A stretch of DNA of 64,000 bases from Hypanus sabinus (lineage: Eukaryota): contig NC_082707.1 in the NCBI RefSeq assembly GCF_030144855.1, positions 36,394,001 to 36,458,000 on the forward strand, written 5' to 3'. The position numbers and the translations under genes were made by a program. The notes under the pieces were generated by a model, which worked only from the letters and a program-made list of their open reading frames with translations, was not told the DNA's origin and made no database searches. Positions 12,501 to 21,500 of this stretch are shown one piece after another. Each line of letters begins with the position of its first letter. The stretch's first letter is position 1.

Positions 12501-15500
12501 ATGTAAGACAAAGGAGAAGAAATCCCACTGCATAGAAGGTGGGCTGAAGGAACCCGATGGTGTTAGAAGGGGTGCAGGTATTGAGCAAGATGGGGAGAAG
12601 GAAGAGAAAGATGAACAGAGGGAAAGATCCTGAGAGGACTGTGGCAAAGGATGGGTTACCTGAAGCTGGAACTTTGCTGGCTGTATGATTGGGTTTGTTG
12701 GATTAGGGTTTAGAATCATTATTTTTCTTTTATTTGTAATTTAACTTTACTCTGTTTGCTTCCTACTTCTATATAATCACCTATATTCATGGAATTGTTC
12801 AGTAATTGTTCTAGTATTTGTAGTATCTGATCTGTATTTTCTAGAAGCTTCACAGCTTTTCTGCAGCAGCTGTCATGCCTCTTGAATCTTAGGTTACATC
12901 TCATCAATAGAATGCACTTTTATCTTTAGTCTCAGTACGGGCTGATCACAACTTACTTTTCTTTGCTTGCTCTTTGTTCTTGTAATACTTAATAAAATAG
13001 CATTTCTGTTTGGCCTCACAATGCCAGTGAACGCAGCCAAGGAGAGACAAGCTGTCGTGGGAGTAGGAAGGGGAATTAAAGTGACGTGTGACCAGAACTA
13101 GAAGCTCAACATAGCCACTGCGCACAGGGCACAGGTTCATCCCAAAGTTGCTGTGTCTCTGTAGAGGAAGCACAACACTTATCCCTTCATCTTCCCTCTC
13201 ACCACCATACAGGGACATTAGCAGCTCCTCCAGGTGACTTCTCCAACCTATTGAATGCATTCAGGCCTTGCAATGTGGCCTGTGAAGGATGTAAGAAATA
13301 AAGTCAATTCAATTCAAATGATGACATATGAAGAAAAATCACCCAGTAGATGAGAGACTCCGAAGATCTACTGTCCGCAGTAAAGGAGAGGAAACTGGCG
13401 TGGTATGGCCCTGTAACAAGATCAAGTGGACAGCGCAGGGATAAAGAAAAAGGGGCAGATGGAGGAAGAAATGAGCAGAAAATATTGCAGAGTGGACTAC
13501 AGAGAACCTTGGGCAGCCCAAGCACTCGCCCACAACCATGAGGATTGGAGGCAACTGGTGCCGCGGTCAGTCGTACTCACCCCTATGACCCAGGCGGGTT
13601 GCGGGATTCATAACCGTTACCATAATTCAATTATTTACATAGGCTCCTGCAAAAAATTGAGGGTAAATAGTGTAGGTCAGAATTCATGTGAATGCTTTAA
13701 CATTTGTAGTGCAACTTTAGTAGGAAGAATTAAACAGCAATATGTTGGACATGCTGGCACAGAGAATGCAATTATCAATCAAAATGTTCTTTAAATGTAT
13801 GCCTGTTAATGAGACAAAAAGTTCTTCAAAAGCATTAATCTGGAATTTATTTTTATATTGGTCTTTCTTCATTATTTTACCCATATTTCTCCCTAACCAG
13901 ATCGGACCTGATTTGCTGCTAACTGTCCATATACATTGCTTAAAACAAACCACTGAATATGATCTTTCAATTCGATTTCATCTCTCAGTTCTATCAATCC
14001 CTTTCTTTCTGACAGAGAGCATCACAATTCTTGCTCACAATACTGCTGGAAGTTATGGCAAAAGTACTTCTATTTACTGTTAACTAGATATTCAATCCTG
14101 ATCTTACAAATAATGGCACAATTTCAATTCCAGGTAAATAAGTGTTAGTATCAGGTCAAAATATAAGAAGGTAACTGGGAATTAATTCTGAATGAAATTT
14201 ATTAGATGAATTTAATTCAATATATTAAATATTATTAATTGAGTGTGGCTATCAAATGAAATGAGAAATTACTCCTTTTTTTTGTAGGACAGACAACTAC
14301 TCCAGAACCAAGGAACAACACGAACAGCACAAGTATTGTGGCAGATTCCACAAGCATGGAAACCAATATTAACATAATACTTGCAGCAGTAGTAGCTACT
14401 TTTGTCATCATCTGCTTATTAATTTTTATTTTTATCAGATACCGACCAAAAAAACAAGGTGAGTTGCTTATCATTTTTTCTTCTATTGATCTAATTCAAC
14501 ATCTTAAGGAAATAATCTGCTCATTGCCTGAATATGTCTGTTCTGATTTTACCTGACTGGAATATTCAAAGCTCCAGCTTCCCAATCACACACATCTTGC
14601 CTAGTTTGTATCATCTGCATGAGTGATTTCCTGCAGCCAGTGTGTACTTGTGGAGAAGGAGATTAGAATACAAATTACTTTTCCCACAATATTTGGTCAT
14701 TTATCATTTTCCAGGTTTCCTGCAGTTTTTTGTCCTGATGCAAATGGACACAGCCCCCATTAAATGTAATCACACTTCTATATTCCACCCATCCATCCAG
14801 AATCCTCTTTGACTTTCTACCATCAGGCAGGAGACTATGATGCATGAAAACAAGAATGGTCAGGAGGAGTAACAATTTCTTCCCCAGGCCATTAGGTTTC
14901 CAAACTGTCAGTTGCATTGCATTCGAAGTGTCACTGGTTAATCTGTTCCGTAATTTACAACATATGTTAATAACACACTTTAATTTTATTTATGTGTGAT
15001 TCATCTGTAGATTTTATCCTTACCTTTATAACTTATCGTGTGTTATGTGCTTTAAACCCTGGTTCAAAGAAATGTTGTCTTATTACTTTACTTCACCCCT
15101 CCCCCTCTCCTGGTTTCATCTATCACCTACCACTTACCACCTACCACCTCGCACTTCTTCCTCCCTTCCACCCACCTTCTTGCTTTAACTTTTCATCTTT
15201 TTTCCAGTCCTGATGAAGGGTCTAAGCCTGAAACAAAGACTGTCTACTCTTTTCCATAGGTGCTGCCTGGCCTGCTGAGTTCCTCCAGCATTTTGTGTGC
15301 GTTGCTCACATTTCATAGCACCTTGTTTGTATCATTCATTTGGCATCATTTCATTAAGAATTAAATAAACTACCAGTGATATTACTATATAAGACCAAAG
15401 AAAATATAGCAGAATTAGGCCATCTCAACCGAGTCGGCTGATCCAATATTCCCCTCAGCCCCAATCTCCTGCCTTCTCCTCGTATCCCTTCATGCCCTAA

Positions 15501-18500
15501 ACAATATGTTGTAGAAAAGCTTATTTAAAGAGCACAAACAGGGTCTGAATGATCACTTGGCTACCTTTATTATTCAACCTTTAGTTATAGATCATACAAA
15601 GCAAAAGACTTGCTGAGAATTGATTTTAAAAGCTCCTTCTTGAACATTTTGCATTACTGGGGTGAGGTCCACAAATTAAACACATTTGACTGGAACCTCT
15701 CACAGATAAAAGTGGCAAATAAAATCCAGCCTCATTATTTTTCACTGCTGATGGGCCAACCATGCCAAACTTAACATAACCTAGTAATTAAAGTAAAAAC
15801 ATTAAGAAAGCTCATACCTTGAGGGAAGAAGATGGCCCCTTCCTTGCAAGAAGGATGAAAATTAGGAGCCAGTAGAATGAGCTATTTCTGCAATCAAAAT
15901 GAGATTGGCACAGGCCTTGGTTAAATCCTCCTCCTCATCAAGGTGGATGGTAGTAAAAAAAAAGAATTAAGATCCTAAAATGTACAACAATGCCTCTAAA
16001 GATAAACTGTCACAAAACAAGTTGAATTTATAATGTCCTCAGGATCAAATTATCTCCATCCAGACAGATTAAAATGCAATGAAGAAAGTTTCAATGTGAC
16101 GGAAGGAAGAAGTCATTAAAAGGCCCAGATGCTCTTCCATTGGTCGCCATTATTCATGCATGGCATGTGGTCACTGCTGGCAAAGTCAGTGCTTATTGCT
16201 CAATATTGCTCACCTGCCATGAACATCTACCAATATAACAAATGCCTTGCTGAGACACTTCCGACAGCAATCAGCCGTGCTAGTTTGGGACTGGACTTAC
16301 ATTTAGAAGAGACCAGGTGGAGAAGGTGGGCTTTTTACCCAAAATGACATCAATGAATTTATTGGCTTTGTGACAGTTTTATTGTAACTTTCTAACATCA
16401 GCTTTATGGATTGCTAATATAAATAAATAATTGTAAATAAAAATACCGAATTTCAATAAAAGCATGTTTTAATGAATTGCATCCTCACCCAGTCGAATCT
16501 GTATGTTATTGAGATCCACAGCAATGCAGCTGAATCTTAATGCCTCTCGTAAATAGTCTAAGAAGCCAGACAGCTTAACTGGTAAAAAGGGATGGGCAGT
16601 AAATGCTGGATTAGGTTTCCCACTTTGAATGAACTAATAAATAATTGCCAGTCACTAGAACAATTCCTCTTATTGAGTCCTGAACTAAAGCAGCAAACTT
16701 CCATTGAAAGAAAAATTTAGTCTGACAAAAATATAAAGACAGACAAAGAAGTTAATTCATTGTTTACAGAGTTTGAAATAAGCATCACTGTTTATGCGTC
16801 TCTGTCTTTCGTAAGTGTAAACACACAAAATATATAGACAATTTAAGTAGCACCTGAGATCGAAATCATGCACCTAATATAAATTTAATGTCTCTGCCAA
16901 TGATTTTTAGAGTTATTATATTCTGAATGCCTTGAGCAATGATTAGAAAGTAGAAAATCATTACTGGAATGCGAGATTAGCTATACCAAAGACCAAGAAA
17001 ATAATTGAGATCCTCATGAAATTCAAAATCTATTTGTGATTTGGTTCCACTTCAGCTGTTTCATTCTGTTTTAAAAATGTTATTATACCCCACGTTATTC
17101 TAACAGAGCATGAGAAATGACCTCAGCAGTGCCCAATCATTTCTTTAATCAGCTTTTTCTCTGAAGCTTTGCAAATAACTTATTCAAACTTAATTAGAGT
17201 CCAATGCCTGATCAGCAACGTGGTGTACAAAACCACCCTCGTCAAATATAGGAATAAGGTATTGGTGTTAAAAGTGATCATTTACTAAATTTACAGAAAT
17301 TGAATGGGATAAAAGTTGTTTTACATGTATTGAGGGCTTTATTTTCACAGGAGGTTTCTACAAATGTTCCAGCACTAGCTCCAGGTAGCACGGTGGATCA
17401 GACTTGGTGGGCCAAAAGGCCTAATTTTGCCCCTATATCTTATGGTCTTATGGTAATGGTTAGTCCTGCAAGTTTTATTATACTCTATACTGGACTTTTG
17501 AAGCAATATTTTGCAATTTTCTTTCCCTTGATAGATCCAGAAACCAGTCCCCCTACAGTGGATGCCAATTGTCAGGTAAATATATTTCACCCAGTTACTG
17601 TACAATATCAAAGGGTATCATGAGAAAAATAGTAAAGAGAGAGATAGACAACGAGGAGGAGAGGCAAGAAAGGAAAAGAGATGGCAATACACAGATGGTT
17701 ATTAAAGTGTCTCTTTGTAATACTAGGTTGGAATACCATGGAAACAGGTAGACAGTCAAACTGTTCCCCATTGTGCCCACACCCTGCAATAACCCAAGCA
17801 GTAGTATAAATATGCATTTATTGGTTGGACAAGACAGATGCATAAATTTAAGACTTGTATATGTGTACATATTTATGTAAGTGGAAGCCTTTGTCACTTT
17901 CAGTTGTGTTTCAGTGGTAAAATTATCACCCCTAAGTCAAGTCCTGTCCAGCAACCTGAACACCAACCCTATGTTGGTACTCCAATCCAGAGCTGAAGGA
18001 ACGTTGTATTGAGGTGTTGTCCCTCTAATAACATCCTGCCATGTAAAATATCCAAGGGCTTAACTTGATGAATAGCAGTGGAGTCGCCACCAGCATATTG
18101 GAATGTTCTTTCCATTAAATATCTGGGCATGATCACATGATCCTTGTGTGAAAATTGGCAGCCAATTTTCTTGCATTTCGTTCTTTTATCTTATATCTAT
18201 GGCTAAATGTGCCTGATGAGGCAAATTTAAATTGCTGAAGTAAAAAGTTAACTGAAAAACTGATGTGGCTCCATTGAGACCTATTTTAATCAAACACGAG
18301 GAAATCTGCAGATGCTGGAAATTCAGGCAACGCACACAAAATGCTGGTGGAACACAACAGGCCAGGCAGCATCTATAGGAAGAAGCAATGTTTTGTGCCG
18401 AGACCCTTCATCAGGACTAACTGGAATAAAAGATAGTAAGAGATTCTGAGGGTCTTGGCCCAAAACGTCGACATTGCTTCTTCCTATAGATGCTGCCTGG

Positions 18501-21500
18501 CCTGCTGCGTTCCACCAGTATTTTGTGTGCGTTGTTCCTATTTTAATCAGTTTGTTTCCAGTTTACAGATAATAAAGGGAATCAAAGTCATGGTGACTGA
18601 CATGATTGATAGACAGATACTTCATTGATCCCAAAGGAAATTAATGTCACAGTAGCATTATGAGTGCACAGACAGACAAATATAAGAAGGAAAGTAAGAA
18701 AAAATAAAAAATAAGTTACCTCAAACAGAATAACAGGAAGGGGTCATCAATTCCCTGGCTATAGGTTGACTCATTAAAGAGCCTAATAGTCAACGATAAG
18801 AATTACCTCATATAGCGCTCTTTGGAACAGCACAGTTGTCTTAGTCTGTGACTAAAAGTGCTCCTCCCTTCAGCCAAGGGGGCATGCAGAGGGTGAGGAA
18901 CATTGTCCAGAATTGCCAGGGTTTTCCATAGGGTCCTTTGTTCTATCACAGCCTCCTATGTGTCCAGTTTGACTCCTGTAACAGAGCCAGCCTTTCTAAT
19001 CAGTTTATTGAGCCTGTTGGCATCACCCGTGTTGATGCCTTTGCCCCAGCACACCATCACATAGTGCGCTTGGGGCAGATCTCAAGTGGACAGACAGACA
19101 CAGTCCCCAGGCAGGAATAGTCTAGCTGGGCACAGCCAGTAGTTAGCCTGGTAGCAGTAGGCACCGTTGGCAGCTTGGATGGCCCTCTGTGGCATCTTCC
19201 AAGCATTCCTGCAGTGGCAAACCATGGTTCTGGCGGGACCTCCACCATGGGAACAACAGGGGTTTTAGCCATGAAGCACTTCAAAGGGTAGAGGAGGTGT
19301 GTAGGTCACTGGCCAGCTCAACCCAGAGCAATTACTTCTTCCATGTGGATGGATTAGAGGCAGCGAAATATCGCAGAAACCTGTCCACTTGCTGCCCTTC
19401 CTGACTGACTGTTGATCTGTGGATGATAGCCATGTGGAGTTTAGGGTGGGCAATGAAGTGGACCACCTTGGAGAACATCCACCACTGTCATGACCACAGT
19501 GGCCCTATCAGAAGGTAGCAAACCCATAATGAAATCCATTGGCAAAGTGGGACCATGGGTGTCGGGGCCCAGATATGCTGGTTGGAGGAGTTATCTGGAC
19601 ATATTAAGGGCAGGCAGTGATGAATTGACATACTTCTGCAATCATGGTGGGCATTGCAGAAAATCCAGAGTTGGTCGTGTGTCTGAATAGCCAGAGAGGA
19701 TTGAGGAGTGGGCCCACGGGAGTACCTCAGAGCACATACATGCGGTTAACAGTTGTATCCAGAAAGGCTCATGACGTAGCGCCTGGCATATCTGGTTCCC
19801 AAGGTCCCAGATGATCAGGGCGAGTATCTGAAAAGATAGGATAATGGCCTGAGGGTCAATCTCCACTTCTGCTGGGTCGAACTGTTGTGACAAGGTGTCT
19901 GCCTAAGTGTTCTTGGAACTGGGTCAGTAAATGGTAAAGTTGAATTGCTCAAAGAAGCCGGACATGGGTTGAGTTGGCCTATCAGTTGTATGGATTTGAG
20001 GGTTTGGTGGTCAGTACAGATCAGGAAGGGTTCAGTGTTTCCAACCAGTCAACGTCTTCATTCATCAAGTTCCATTTAATGGCTATAGCTCCATGTCTTC
20101 TACCCCATAACAGCGCTGTGTGAAGTTGAACTTGTGTGAGGAGAAGGCACAAGGGTGTGTTTTCCCATCCAGTCCTCACTGGGAGAGGATGGCACATCAC
20201 ATGCATCCACCTCTACCCAAAAGGTCGGATAGTGGAGAATGGGAGTGGGAGTGAAGTGTCCCTTGAGCAGGTTATCCCTGAGGGAGGTGACTTGGTGTAG
20301 GAGGTTAAAAGACTGGTGACTTGGCTATGGTTTCTGTCAGAGAAGCTCAAAGAATGATGTAGCTGTTTAAGGGATCGCAGTTGGGGCCATCCAACAACAT
20401 TGCATGCTCTCCCTGGGTCCATGGTTATGCCTTGCTGTAAAAGGATGTAACCCTGAGTCAATCACTGGTTCACCCATCCTGTCAGGAAATGTAGAGCATG
20501 TTTGGCCCAAGAGCAGAATTAGCGGAGACGACTTAGCAGTGAGCGATAATTTTAATAGCAAACTGCAAAATTAGGTTAACGGAAATTAATCCAGGATTGA
20601 ATGACTTGCCACATGAAGAGCATTTGATGGCTCTGGGCCTGTATTCACTAGGATTCTGAACCACATTGGAACCTATTGAATGGTGAAAGCCCCAGACAGA
20701 GTGGATGTGGAGAGGATGTTTCCTATGGTGGGAGAGAACACAACCTTAGAAGAGAGTGGCATCCTTTTAGAACAGAGGTGAGAAGGAACTTCTTTAGCCA
20801 AAGAGTGGTGAATCTGTGGATTTCTTTGCCACAGGCAGCTATGGAGGCCAGGTCTTTATGTACATTTAAAGGCAGAGGTTGATAGACTGGTCAGGACTTG
20901 AAGAGATATGGGGAAATGGCAGGAGACTGAAAATCTTGTCCTTTTTCAAGATATATGCCATTTTCATTTGAAATATTTTCCCATTCCTTCTTCATCTAAG
21001 TCCTGGAATTCCCCATCCAACAGCATTAGGGGACAATCTTCACCAAAATAACTGCAGCAGTTCTAGAAGGGACTTCACCATAATCTTCACATGGGCAATA
21101 AATGCTGACATTGTTAGATCTTGAAAAGTCATTTTATTTTTATTAGAAGGACCTTACTGTTCTCCATCATCTGTGACGTTAAGTAATTTAAATATTCTAG
21201 CAAGTAGTTGGAGGAAGTCACAGATGGCAAAACCACTTCAACTAGTATTTTAATTTTTGCTAATCTGATAAGACTGTAGCTTGTTTCTCAGAACAGAACT
21301 GTCAGAGAAGAGCAGTTGGCAATGTTGCTACAGATACCTCTTTCCTCAAACTTCACTAACTCTCAGTGTGGCCTACAGTGATGTGCTTATTTCCTAAATT
21401 AATAAATCCATTTATTATTATCATATGTACTGAGCTACAGTAAAAACTTGCATAGCAGTCAAACAGATTATTTCATTATAATAGTGAAGTGAGATAGCAC

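Noticed and set aside
13742-14083. 113-aa ORF in unique intronic sequence as a separate gene
   Set aside because: No recognisable domain, TTG start, AT-rich; kept only as a possible alternative-acceptor read-through.
17838-17876. AG..GTAAGT-bounded 39-nt candidate cytoplasmic exon
   Set aside because: Its length does not give the needed phase change, and it has an in-frame TAA.
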